This document shows positions 1 through 13,800 of a DNA stretch of 64,000 nucleotides, piece by piece. The position numbers and the translations under genes were made by a program. The DNA comes from Chrysomallon squamiferum. Its lineage: Eukaryota; Animalia; Mollusca. The notes below the pieces were generated by a model. That model worked only from the letters and a program-made list of their open reading frames with translations. It had not been told where the DNA came from and searched no databases. Within the stretch, counting starts at the first letter, position 1, and each line of letters starts with the position of its first letter. The stretch lies in contig CM022668.1 in NCBI GenBank assembly GCA_012295275.1, positions 930,001-994,000 on the forward strand. The letters run 5' to 3'.

Positions 1-616
1 TGACTTAAAATTTCACATAAATGACATTGAATCACCTAAACTGGTTTAGGTTTGTATTTAACATGCAAACAGGAACATGAAGTACAGGAGCCAGGTAGGT
101 CACACCTGCATTGAAAATGATTTTATTTATTGAATCAAAATATGTGACTCATGTCAGTTTGAGAACTACATTTAGTTCTACAGTTAGTCAGTTTTATCAG
201 CTGGATAAGAGTAAAATAGTCAATGAAGTTTGGTGCTTTGCCTATTCTCATTTGTTAACTGATTTTCTGTGTGCACATTCCCACAGACAAGACCTCACAT
301 ACTGTGACTCTCTAAACAAGTCACCAGATGAAATGGAAAAAATAAAACTGAACATGTTGAAATGACTTGTTAACACAAAATATGTGTCTCAATATGAAAT
401 AAAATAATGTTTAAAAGAAGTTTTCCCTTTTTTCAAGTTCTTATTTAACTGTGTTGTAACATTATATAATTAATAAAAACAACATTCACTTTATAATATT
501 ATGATACTGATTTCATTGTTTTTGCTTAATTTTAATTTATTACACATACTGAGTTAATATCAGGTATTCTGATCACTTGTATATTTGTATATATACGATA
601 GATTATTCTTTTCTAG

Positions 617-1268
617 GTTGCATATATTCCACATATGCTGCTGAAAAGACAAGAAAATGGATCTGCTGCCAAATCCAGTGAACTTACAATCCAGGAAGGT
701 AAAATTGTTATCACATACAAAGTCTTCAATTTTGCATACATACAAATTAGAATATGCAGTAGACTTTTAATTAACTTTGTCAGCATTCCAGAGGTATGTT
801 TAAATTTTTATAAATTTCAACTTGTTTTTTTAGAAAAATATATATATATTTTTTTTAGTCATTTTATTTTTGATTAAATCTTCTTATACATAATATTGTT
901 TTTTAACATTATTTTATTCATGTTTTCTATTTATTTTTGTTCAAGACATGAGCAATTTCAGAATTTGATTTAAAAAAAAATATTGACACATTACTGCTGT
1001 GGAATTAAATAACAGTTTCAAATATGTTTATATAAACACAAACACAAGAACATAGCATAATGCTTATTGAATGTTGTGCACTTGAAATCACTTCCTAATT
1101 TATTAATTGTTGAAACAATAATAAGAGTTTTCTGTTGTTTGCAAACTGTTCACAGACAGAGAGAGACGCAGAGAGAGACGGTTGTCCAGGTCACCGAGTC
1201 AGCGAGGATCCAGTGAACAGGAAGTGGAGACATCAGAAGATGAAAGTGGCAGACTGAGTCTCAAAGAG
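617..1268 (+). CDS. OBSCN: Obscurin-like N-proximal exons 617-698 ([13 protein letters not shown]...) and 1156-1268 ([20 protein letters not shown]...)
   Basis: ttctag|...GAAG|gtaaaa and cacag|...AAAGAG|gtgggg. Phases chain in frame into the SH3 exon. A further short exon at 73-94 may precede them. Confidence 0.7.
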
Positions 1269-3471
1269 GTGGGGGCTGTTTTCACTGTTTTGTAAATGTT
1301 TAACAATGAAGCAGTATTAAAACATGGTGTACAAACAAATAGGTCAAACTTTCTACATACAGAGTGAAATCATCCTGTAAAAAACAGACTGAAAATGGAA
1401 TTTATGTCTTCACATTTACAACAGACTTTATTGGTAGTGGAGATTGTTACTGAGAAAAATAAAATGTATGTACCATCATATATACTCTTTAGTAGATTGA
1501 TCATATACCACAGAATAATGAAGTATGTTATGTTACCTGACGAGTTTTCTGTTGTTTATAAATGGGTACATATGCACACAAACACATACACTAGAAGTGC
1601 TATTAGTGTGTTATGTGTTATTTCATAGCAGGTAATTTTTGAACATTTGTATGATAAAATGTTCTTGTTTATTTTGTTACTTTCTTATTATAAAACCTGT
1701 TCCTTCATATATTCATCCTGTGTTCTGATACGTGCAGACGTTCCCAGTGTATGTGGTCATTGCGGACTTCAGCCGAGAGGACACAGACGCACTGAGACTG
1801 ACAGAAGGTCAGTTTGTGGAGGTGCTGGACATGCAGAGATCTGACCACTGGCTAATCAGAACAAAACCTACAAAAAGTGGACCAGGCAAAGAAGGTATTT
1901 TAAAAAAAAAAACATAATTCAAATATCCAAGACTTTAATAAAAAAATTATGGCACTGAGAGTATTACAATATGTTATACAGAATGTCAAAAACATTCATA
2001 ACATGATGAAAAGCTCATCCTAGTATTACATATGAAATGAATACACTGCAAATTTTATTACATTCTGAAAGAAATATATTGTTAATTTTTAATAATAATA
2101 ATAATAACAACAACAACAGTAACAGCAACAACAACAATAAATTACTTAAATATGAATTAGTGAGATTATTATTGGAATCACTTGATGAGGTATTTTTTTG
2201 TATCATTTTCATACTGCTCATTTGGTCATCTGCATTCTTCTGTGTTATCATAGTATTTCAGTATTGTTTGGGACTGACAAAGAAGGAAGGTTCTTTTTTG
2301 TTTACTTCTTTTTTTATCTTTCTCCTCCTCATCATCATTTGTCATCAATGGATTTGTTATTATTAAAAACCTGAATATTATTATTACTACTACTACCACC
2401 ATTATTACTGCTACTTTACTGCTATTATTAGTTAGTAGTAGTATTAGTATTATTATTACTATTATTATAAATTTGCATGTTTTTCACCAGGATGGGTTCC
2501 TTCAGGATATCTTGATTTGAAGACTGCTGGATCACTGAAGAAATCAACACAGGAAGCTTTCAGAGAAGATATCATTCAAATAAAAAACAAGCAACAGGAA
2601 GCGTCTCTAAAAAGAAGGTAAAAAAATATTTTATTTCAGTTTACACATTGATATTGTTATAATTCACAGGTCTTTTTTTAATTTTGTTTTTACCTTTTAA
2701 AATCTTTTTATAATTTTATTTTATTTTTATTTATTAATCTGTAACATTTAAATCTTTTTTTTACAAATATTTATTTATTTTTATTTTTGAATTTCAAGAT
2801 TTGGTACACAACAAAAAACCTGACCAAACAACAGGATGTATTTATTTTATTTTACCATCGTGAAAAAAAAGAATAAAAAACAACCAATAAATATCAATAA
2901 AAATCATTAATATTAGATTTATCAATATATATGTGCACACACACACACACACACACACACTATCCTGTCTGGGAAGTGTATAATGATAATCAGTAAAAAT
3001 AAACCATTCTCTCTTTAGTAATTTTATACTACAAAACAAAATTTGCTTGACATAATAACCTCTAATATTAAACACAGAGGTCTCATTAAACATTAACTAA
3101 TTTATAGAAAACTAAATGATAAATATTTTTTTCACAGCAAGAGAAGAACGTTTCAGTAAGTAATTTTTACTGAGAACATTTTAATATATTAGCCTGCATG
3201 TTTTCATTTCTTATTTTTAAACATTTATTTGTTTTTTCTTTAAGTTATTCTACTAACAGAAATATTTTTAGTAAAAGATTATGATAAAAATATTTTTATT
3301 TTGAATTAAAAACAACAACAAAACAATAAAAAAATAAAAATATATAAAATATTCATTTTTAAACCGAATAATGATTATAATATTATAATTTTTTAAAAGA
3401 CATGTTTTTCATGTATATATATTTTCATACAGATTGATGTATGCACACATATGTGCATACATACATAAAAT

Positions 3472-3518
<47 letters not shown>

Positions 3519-6500
3519 CACACATACATATACACAAACATACAAATAACATATCTGTAATGAGAAAAGCTAATTTGTATTACTTTGGCATTATTTATTT
3601 CTTTGTTTATTGTCTACATTATTTCTGTTTTCTCTTTTTATTTCTTTTAATTTTTCTACATTTCATTTTGCTTGTTAATTTTCATTATATACATGAATTT
3701 TCTATTTCATAAATATTTTCTTTAATCATATTTTATGTGCTTGCTTCAGATAAAAATATAATCCTTTATTATGTACAAATACTGTATATTTATTATTACT
3801 ATATTATTATTATTATTATTATTATATGTTCTATTTGATTGATTCAGTAGTAAATTTAATTAGTAATTGCAACATACACACTCTCATTCATATAAAGATA
3901 ATAATTATTTACCTATTAATATCATAAACTAGTTACCAGTTATGAAAGTACAGGAATTTTTTATTAAACTGTTATTAAATTTCATAAGAGAATATAAATT
4001 TGGTCTCTTTATACAACTATAGCACAGTTAACTGTTTTAAATGTTAATGTTTATATATGCTGTTGACATATGAATTATTTATGTCAGTTAATTTTATTTT
4101 TATTTATGTATTTATTTTAATTTAAAGAGAAATTTTTCTTTTCTTTATATAGTATATGTTGCCATAAAATACTTTCCTCATAAGCATTTAGTTTAATATG
4201 TATCTCTGTTGATCAAGCCTGATATAAGAATGGCTGTCCTGTGTTTATTCTCCACTCACTTTGTGGTTCCTGCACCACAGGCATTGCACCCACCACATGA
4301 TTCACAGTTTGTCCAGTGGGTTTGGACAATGCATCCACTTTTAATATATGTTGGTGATACATTACATCAAAGTACCATTCTGCTGTCACTGTTTATTTCT
4401 TACTTTGTGCTGACTGTAATTACAGTAAATTACATCCAACATACAATTCATTCACAACCTTGATATATATAAATTCAGTCAAATAATCTGTAATAATATT
4501 TAATACATAATTATATAAAAATATATAGCATTACTTAATACATGCATTTTAGCCAGAGCTAAGATGTTGATAGATGGACAAAAGCATTTCTTTTTCATAA
4601 TAAAATATTATTGTCTTCAAAGCTCAGAAACATCACTTTGACACAGTGGTGCTCCCATATTATTGGAAATTAATGTTAAGAAAACTCTAGTGCAAGGGTG
4701 CCCAATACTTTGATCATGACTGACCAGTCAATCGCCAGTGTAGTGCAGGTAGATCACACACCATTCACTGCAAGTCATCACAGTAAGGTAGTGACCATAA
4801 ATATATTCAGTTGTATTGTGCCCTAAGGGTTCATGATGTGATGCAAGATGCACCAACATAATTATATTGTATATAAAATATATATTAAGTATATTAAGTA
4901 TTTTCACTACATATATAAATAAATATATATGTTATTTTTTAATACAAGTAGATCATTTTGACCTGGTCATTTTAAAAGTAGCTCACAAGCTGAAAAAGTG
5001 TGAGCACCCCTGCTGTAGTGAATCAATTGCCCAGAACTAATCTTCAGTTATGGACAGATTGTCTTCAGTGCACTGGTGAATGAGCCATCTCTGGACAACT
5101 GACAAGTGAATGAATCATCCACATACATCCAATGTGCATATAAAAGGAAATACAAAATGTGTTGAGTATATCCACATTCATCCTTTAAACTTTCACTTTA
5201 GTCATTGCAGAAATTGTATTTCATTTGCTATTTTAAACTTTATGTTTATTTTCAGATATGCACTGACTGAGCTGCTTGAGACAGAACGAGACTACATCAG
5301 AGATTTACTTCATGTCATTGAAAAATACCAAAAAGCTTTCACACAAGAACATGTTCCTTCTGTACTTGAGAACCAGATGCAAACAATCTTCAGTAACATA
5401 CAAGAGATTTACAATTTTCACAATGAGTAAGAGTTTAATGTGACTTGGACACATACTAGATCTTTAAATTCATGAAAACATAGTTGTGTCTTACACATAC
5501 TTGAAATAACACTGAAAAGCTGCTTTCATAAATGTAACCTATTTTAAACAGAAATGTAAAATGGTGATTTCAGACCAAATGTAAAATTGGATGTATTGAG
5601 TGTATTGTTAAAAATAAATTATTTCTTTTTAAACTTATAGCAACTTTGTTTTGTATTTCTCAAAATTTATTTTCATTTTTTTCAGAATATTTCTGTCTGC
5701 CTTGACTTCTGTTACTGGAACACCAGGAAAAACAGCGTCAGTCTTTCTTCAGATGGTTTGTTTCTTTTTGGTCGTCTGTACAGTTGTTGCGATTTTTCTA
5801 TTTGTTTTGTTTTTGCTTTTTAAATCTTAAAGTGAATATTTGTATGTACAAATGTTCTAAATATTACTTTTTATACTTCAAGTAAATTATTATTTTGTGG
5901 GGAGGTGGGGAAGGGAGGTAATATTAGGGTTATTGAACTAGCTTTGCTCATAATAAAGTTTAAATAATTAATTTCTGGAAATGTATTGCCTGATTCATGT
6001 TTTCTGTTATGACATGATTTCATAAATACAGTACATGTGTAACAATATTCTGTTTTCATTGCATCATATTGCATTTCTCTTCAAAAGGTTTATAAATTTA
6101 ATTTTTATTACATTTGTACAAATATTTTAATTATAAAACTCGATGATTATTAAAAGAGCTTTATAATTTAGAAGATAAAACAAATAGCCAAGCATTATTA
6201 ATTAAGTTCGATAATAATTTTGCCTGAATATATTACTAATGTGTTTAATTTTTTCCTTTAATTTATTTCTCTGCAGAAAGAATACTTTCATCTCTATGTT
6301 TCATTTTGTCATGATCGAGAAATGGCAGAATTCTTTTTACAAACAGAAGAAGCAAAAGAATTTTGTAAAGTGAGTTCATTGAGACATAAAGAACAGTATT
6401 ATATCAGAAATAATAAACTTTGGATATCCAGTCAATAACCAGCTAGTTAAATAATAATAATGGTAACAGGTAAAATCAAAATGCCTTTGTTTGAAAATAC

Positions 6501-6888
6501 AAAACAGTATTGCTTTGTTTAGATTCATTTAGGATGTAAGGATCAGGTTTTATTTTAACATTCTATAGATGTTTTGTGTATCTTGAGGTATGAGCTGTAG
6601 TTTGTATCTAGTTCATGTTCATGTTTATGATGTAATCATTAAAAGAATAATAAGTAAAAACTATTTTTTATGTTTATTTTAAATGTATGAATGTTAAAGA
6701 CTTTCTTAATTTTATTTATTTTAGTCATACAGTCAAAAGATTGGTGATAGTGCAACTACACTGAAACAATTTCTGCAGAAACCAATGGAGAGACTTGCTG
6801 AGTATAAAATGTTTCTAAAGGTTTGTTGAAACTCTAAGTATGTGCACTGTGTGGGTTGAAAATATTGTAATAATTTAACAATAAAAAA

Positions 6889-6919
<31 letters not shown>

Positions 6920-9900
6920 TTGAATTAGGAGAAAAACAAATACCTTTCGTCAACTATTTAGACATATGTGGTTTGTTTCATTTGCATTTTTTATTTATTT
7001 AATTTTTTTATTATTATATTGTTTTTTTTTACTGCATCAGAGATGTATAAATTATAAATATGTTTAAGGATTTTCTGCGATACACTTCACGAGTTGGAGA
7101 CAACTGTCAAGAAGCAGAGCTTGCAATTGCCATGTTGAATGAGCTGATGAAATTAACTAAGCAGACTGAGCTGATGCAGCAGGTTGAAGGACTTCCACAT
7201 AATTTTGATAAAAATGAGACACTGACAAGAGATGTAAGTTTTTGTGTTTTCTGTTTTTAGAATAACACCAACGACATCCACAAACATGTACTCATAAACA
7301 TTCACACACATACACTATATATGCACACATCCCTTCATATATACACACACACACAAACATACAGATAAACACACATATACATATACACATACACATATAC
7401 ATATGCACACACACAAAAATACAAACAGATACACACATGCACACACACACACAAAAACAAGCAAACAAAAAACAACTACAAGGAATTTTTATTCACTGTT
7501 GTTTATCTCTGTGTGTTCAGGATGACATGCTGATGTGGGACTGTTGTGAGCCGGGGTCAGTTCGAGGCAAAGAGAGACATTTGTTTTTGTTCACATCCAA
7601 ACTGTTGTTGACCAAACGCAGAAAACCAGACATACCCACAGAACAGTCGGCCTTCATCTTCAAGAGTGTCGTAGAAGTAAGTTCATCTTCAAATTGGAAA
7701 TGCTATGTAGAAAGAAATTTTGGAATAAAACTGGTATGTTTGCAATTTTCACAGATATTAAGAAAAAATATACCTGTAAAATTGACAAACAGTCTTCAAT
7801 TCAAATTAATTTTAAAAAATCTATTAAATTAACTAAAAATCGAATTGTAATATCAGCTTGTACTGACTATTTAAAATATAATAAAATATAAAATGGCCTT
7901 TCTGCAGGAACTGACTAAAATAAAATTTATTACACTTATATAATAGCTAGGTTTCAGGCACCAACCAAAATATTTATGACATTAATTATTGTTTTTGTTT
8001 GTTTTTTTTTATTATTATTATTATTGTTTTTTTTTTTTTATTATTATTTTTTTTTTATTTATATAGTAATTAAGTATATACTGGATGGATAATTCTTATT
8101 AATTTGTTATTAATCTATGAGTGTGTCTGTGCCTGGTGTATGTATGTGTAGGTGTAGGTAGGTGTGTGTGTGTGTGAGTGTGTGTGTGTGTGTTGTTTGT
8201 GTGTGTATCTGTGTTTTCTGTATTTTTCCATTTAGACTGAAAGAGCATTATTTTATACTAGTACAGAAAGCAGAAGTTTTGATAATAGTGAGATGAATAA
8301 GACTTCTGTTTATAGAGGTTAGCACATTAGGACTACCTGTGCTGCCATCTGGTGCCAGCCAGAGTATTGCTCTTCATTACAGATATACCGAATAGATGTG
8401 AGAACTGAGCAGATCAGCACATGTACAGTGCAGTAGATACAAATATCGTCAGTTGAAATCTCACATTTCCAGATATTTGAAGAATATTTAAAAATAAACT
8501 TTAATTAAAATAATTCTGTAGTTTATTTCCAATCTGAAATCATTATGTGCGGTTGTTGAAAAGATTCAGAGCTAAGAACAAGTTTGTAGAATCAGCACAT
8601 ACTTTGTGTCATTTCCCAAACTGACACTTACAATGGTTTTGACTTTTTGGGGAAGGTGCACATAGAAAATCCTTTGAGTTTCACATCAATTAACAAAAGC
8701 AAATGAAAAATGTGCCTAATTAAATAAAATTCTGCTTCTTTCTATTTTCAATAATTTCCCAAACAATACCTGAATATAATATAATTACAACAGCTAACAA
8801 TACGTAACCCAAACCAGTCATACATACATACATATCACTTACCAACTGAAACCCCTAACATGAACATCAGAAGCTGCAGACTGTAACAGTTTACTATGGT
8901 TACCTGTGATGTTAATGTATCTGAGCCTGCACAGCAAGGAGAGCTGACAGTCACCTGGTTCTGTTTAGACTGCTGGCTGCTCTCACTGTGCCATGCTTCA
9001 CTTCTTCTGACTGATAGAACCAAAACAAACATTATAATACAATCTCTGTTGTACACTCTGGGTGGCCACAGTGTTTAAATACTGTCATACAGAAATATGT
9101 GATATCACTTGTATGTCATATTGCTCAAAATACGTGTCCAAAACTTTATTAGTGAAAGAAATGTGAGTTCAGATAAGGATAAAACATTGCTATCTGTGAT
9201 TTTTAATTTGGATTAATATGGTATTGTTCTTCATGTAATCATATTGTTTTGTTCACTGTGATGGGTTAATCTATAGAAGGTAATACATAATTTTAATGTG
9301 TTAGTTTAATCTTTTTTTAATTATTTAGTAATATTGTTGATAATTAAATAGATTATATTCATTTCAGTAAGTAATTCAAAATGTTTATGCTTACTGATTT
9401 AAATAATATATTACTTTAAAATTTTGACATATATTTGTTAAGATATTTAATTTAGCTCTTGTGATTAATAAAGTTTGTTAGGTTACAGTAAATTTAGTTA
9501 TTATTATATAATCTATAATAAATTGTAGCATAAATTAGGATTTACCTAAGAATACGAGTATTTGCACAGGTTCTTGAATGTGTGAATTGTACAAATATGT
9601 GACTAAGTGTCTGGGGTTTCCTTCAGTTTTTGGAGTTACATGTTTGCTTCTTTTTTTTTCTTTTTTTTATTATTATTATTATTTTTTCTTCTTCATATTT
9701 ACCTTGTTAAAGATTCAAGAAATAATTTAATGATTGAAAGATAGTTCTGTTTATCTTCAGGCAACAGTTTAAACCATTTTATATCTACCTTAGGATTTGA
9801 AACCAGGATAGAGTTGAAAATACATTTAGTGACAGATTTGGTTTTTCATCCATTTGTGCTGTAATTCTAAATATTTCCAGCATGGTTGATAATTAATAAA

Positions 9901-10793
9901 AAAATCTTAGTCTTCATTTCAGGAATAAATCTAAACATTATTTACTTTAAAAAAAAATTGTATTAATGTAATAAATTTGACATTTCAAATTCAGAAGTCA
10001 AGAGTAATAAAATTAAATGAAAAATTCATTTCCAACTGCAGACCCAAAGTGAAAACAAATGATACAGTTTGTACAATAATAATAAACATTAACAAACTCC
10101 TATAACACTCACTGAGAGCAAGGTTTGTTAAACAGTAATACTGTAATTTGTAGTGTAATGTATTATTTCATTTTACTTTTTTCACTCAGCTTGTTACAAG
10201 TTTTATAAACAATGAAACAATATGATAAATTAGTATATGTAAATACACTGATATATCGTGCTTATTTTTACTAGCTGTCTTAGTTGTATGACTTTCTATA
10301 ATTATTAAATTATGTCTATTTAATTATTTTTTAAATAATGTTTTATATTAAACTATTATTGTGAAACAATATCCTTTTATCATATTGATATAGATATATT
10401 AAAAGTAAAAGTATTCTTTTATTATTTAATTTATTTTAAAATAATACACTTTTCTTTACTCTGTTCAGTTGATATTATTTCTTTTTTAATTAATGTCCTT
10501 TTCAACTAATAATAACTAATATCTAAATTATTCTGAGTAATTAAAGTTTTTATAATTTCTGACTTCATTTGCAGTTAAAAAATATTCAGATAAATCAAAC
10601 CATTGCTGATGATGAGCGTAGATTTGAACTGTGGTATGCTGAGCCCACATCCGAGAAGTTAACTTTCCAGGCAAGAAACATTTTTGCTAAGCAAGCCTGG
10701 GTCAAGGACATTAGAGAGGCTCTGAACAAACTTGGTATGTGCTATCCTGATAGCTTTTTTATTTAATGTTGACTTTTTCTTTAGTAGTTTTTC

Positions 10794-10832
<39 letters not shown>

Positions 10833-13800
10833 TTATTTTATTATTTTTTTTGAAATACAGTTGGTTATATTTTATATTTTGTTTATATTTTTTATTTATT
10901 TATGAATTTATTATTTACATTATGTTTTATTTTTAATTAAAAAAAACAGTTGTTAGAAGAGAAAGTGTTGTCTTATAGAAGTTACACTGACAAAATAAAC
11001 ATTCAAAATTTAAATAAATAAATCAATTAGTTATTAATGTTTAAACCCAGGAAAATGTTTTTATTATTTACTTTGTAAAACTGAATTCAGGAATTGTTGA
11101 GACTGACATCATGCTGCCTGACCAGCAGGTGGGTAGCAAAACCACTCCCTCTCCTGTGTGCCCCTTGAAGAAGAAACCTGCACACAGTGGCACGACAGAC
11201 TCTGAGCTCTCTGGTGAAGTGACAGACTCAGAGTCTGACAGAAGAACAGATGGTAAGTTCAGATTTTAAATTTATTCTATAAATACACACTTAACATAAA
11301 ATACTCAATCAAAAGTGCTTTAGAAATGGTTATTAGGTTTAAACAAAATAATCATAATTTACTTAAAAATATGAACATAAATTAAAAAAAAAAAATTCAT
11401 CTTACGTGGCTATAACGTTTAAATCTAGATATTTCTTATCAGAGGAAAGAAAAGACTAATATTTTATTAAATGTTTCAGATTACATGTCAGTGAGTTCGC
11501 TGGAAACAGAGCTGTCGTACCATACAGCTCAGGAGTTTGAGGATGGCACAACACGGCCTGTGTTCAGGCGTCGACCTCGGAAAACTGTCTGTACAGGTGA
11601 GCTGTGATGTCTTTGTGATTCCTGTTTGCTGTGTCTTGTTAGACAACTGTCTGTACTGATGAGCTGTGATGTCTTTGTGATTCCTGTTTGCTACGTGTTG
11701 TTAGACAACTGTCTGTACAGGTGAGCTGTGATGTCTTTGTGATTCCTGTTTGCTACGTGTTGTTAGACAACTGTCTGTACAGGTGAGCTGTGATGTCTTT
11801 GTGATTCCTGTTTGCTACGTGTTGTTAGACAACTGTCTGTACAGGTGAGCTGTGATGTCTTTGTGATTCCTGTTTGCTTGTCTGTACAGGTGAGCTGTGA
11901 TGTCTTTGTGATTCCTGTTTGCTACGTGTTGTTAGACAACTGTCTGTACAGGTGAGCTGTGATGTCTTTGTGATTCCTGTTTGCTACGTGTTGTTAGACA
12001 ACTGTCTGTACAGGTGAGCTGTGATGTCTTTGTGATTCCTGTTTGCTTTGTTAGACAACTGTCTGTACAGGTGAGCTGTGATGTCTTTGTGATTCCTGTT
12101 TGCTACGTGTTGTTAGACAACTGTCTGTACAGGTGAGCTGTGATGTCTTTGTGATTCCTGTTTGCTACGTGTTGTTAGACAACTGTCTGTACAGGTGAGC
12201 TGTGATGTCTTTGTGATTCCTGTTTGCTACGTGTTGTTAGACAACTGTCTGTACAGGTGAGCTGTGATGTCTTTGTGATTCCTGTTTGCTACGTGTTGTT
12301 AGACAACTGTCTGTACAGGTGAGCTGTGATGTCTTTGTGATTCCTGTTTGCTGTGTGTTGTTAGACAACTGTCAGTACAGGTGAGCTGTGATGTCTTTGT
12401 GATTCCTGTTTGCTACGTGTTGTTAGACAACTGTCTGTACAGGTGAGCTGTGATGTCTTTGTGATTCCTGTTTGCTACGTGTTGTTAGACAACTGTCTGT
12501 ACAGGTGAGCTGTGATGTCTTTGTGATTCCTGTTTGCTACGTGTTGTTAGACAACTGTCTGTACAGGTGAGCTGTGATGTCTTTGTGATTCCTGTTTGCT
12601 ACGTGTTGTTAGACAACTGTCTGTACAGGTGAGCTGTGATGTCTTTGTGATTCCTGTTTGCTACGTGTTGTTAGACAACTGTCTGTACAGGTGAGCTGTG
12701 ATGTCTTTGTGATTCCTGTTTGCTGTGTGTTGTTAGACAACTGTCTGTACAGGTGAGCTGTGATGTCTTTGTGATTCCTGTTTGCTACGTGTTGTTAGAC
12801 AACTGTCTGTACAGGTGAGCTGTGATGTCTTTGTGGTTCCTGTTTGCTACGTGTTGTTAGACAAGCTTCTCTGGCAGGACTTTCAGACGGCTTTCAGTGT
12901 GTGTCAGAAAGAGAGATATGTGCAAATATATATTAAGTTTCTTTAATTAAATTAATTTTTTTATTAGTTTAATTTTTTATTTAAATTGCTGTTTTTCTTT
13001 CTTTAATTTATTTATTATTATTATTTTTTAAATGCTATTGGTTTTATTTTATATTTATTTTATATTTATTATTTTTTATTAATTTGTTATTTATCATTAC
13101 ATTTAACTGAAACTAAAATATAAACAAAATTAAAATAAAACCCGTAGTATCTGAAAAAAGAAGAAAAAGAAAAATAGAAAAAAAAAAAAAAAAATAAACC
13201 CCGTACAAGAAGTTGAAACCAGTAAAATAATAACTAGCATTTCTGTTGTTTCTTCAGATTAATATTTCTTTCTCTTTAACTCAGCTGGCAATAATGTGCA
13301 AAAAGACAACAACAAGTATTTACTATCCTTATCTAATGTAATGCATTAGTGAAAAAGTCAGAACCACTTTACAGATATGTAATTAAAGCTGCATGTTCAA
13401 GTACATCTATGTTTTTGTCTTACTACTAATAGTGCATTGTCTGAGAAATGTGTCACATTATAATTAATAATGTGTCAACTTTGTTCATTATAATAGGAAC
13501 TGCATGTCCCTACTCCTGATCTTTATAATTATACAATTCTTTGAGTAAGTGTATTAGAGGGAGAGAATCCTTATTTCTGTTAAATGCCAGGCTTGAGAAT
13601 TTCTTCATCTGTCTTTGGCAGAATTCTCTGTTTTTGTTTCATAAACTGTAATTTTATAGCACTAAGCATGTATAGACAGTTATTTCATGTAATATTAAAT
13701 ATAATAAAACATCTTTATCAAGAATATAGCATGTTATGGAATTCTTAAATAACTTACATGTTTGAACAGCTGGGATAGAAGCCAGACTTTATTAAACAAA

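Noticed and set aside
2015-3712. Short ORFs with poly-N, poly-L, HT or VC repeats
   Set aside because: Translations of intronic microsatellites.
11581-12864. CRISPR-like appearance of the regular repeat
   Set aside because: Units are contiguous with no unique spacers, there are no cas genes, and the context is a eukaryotic intron.
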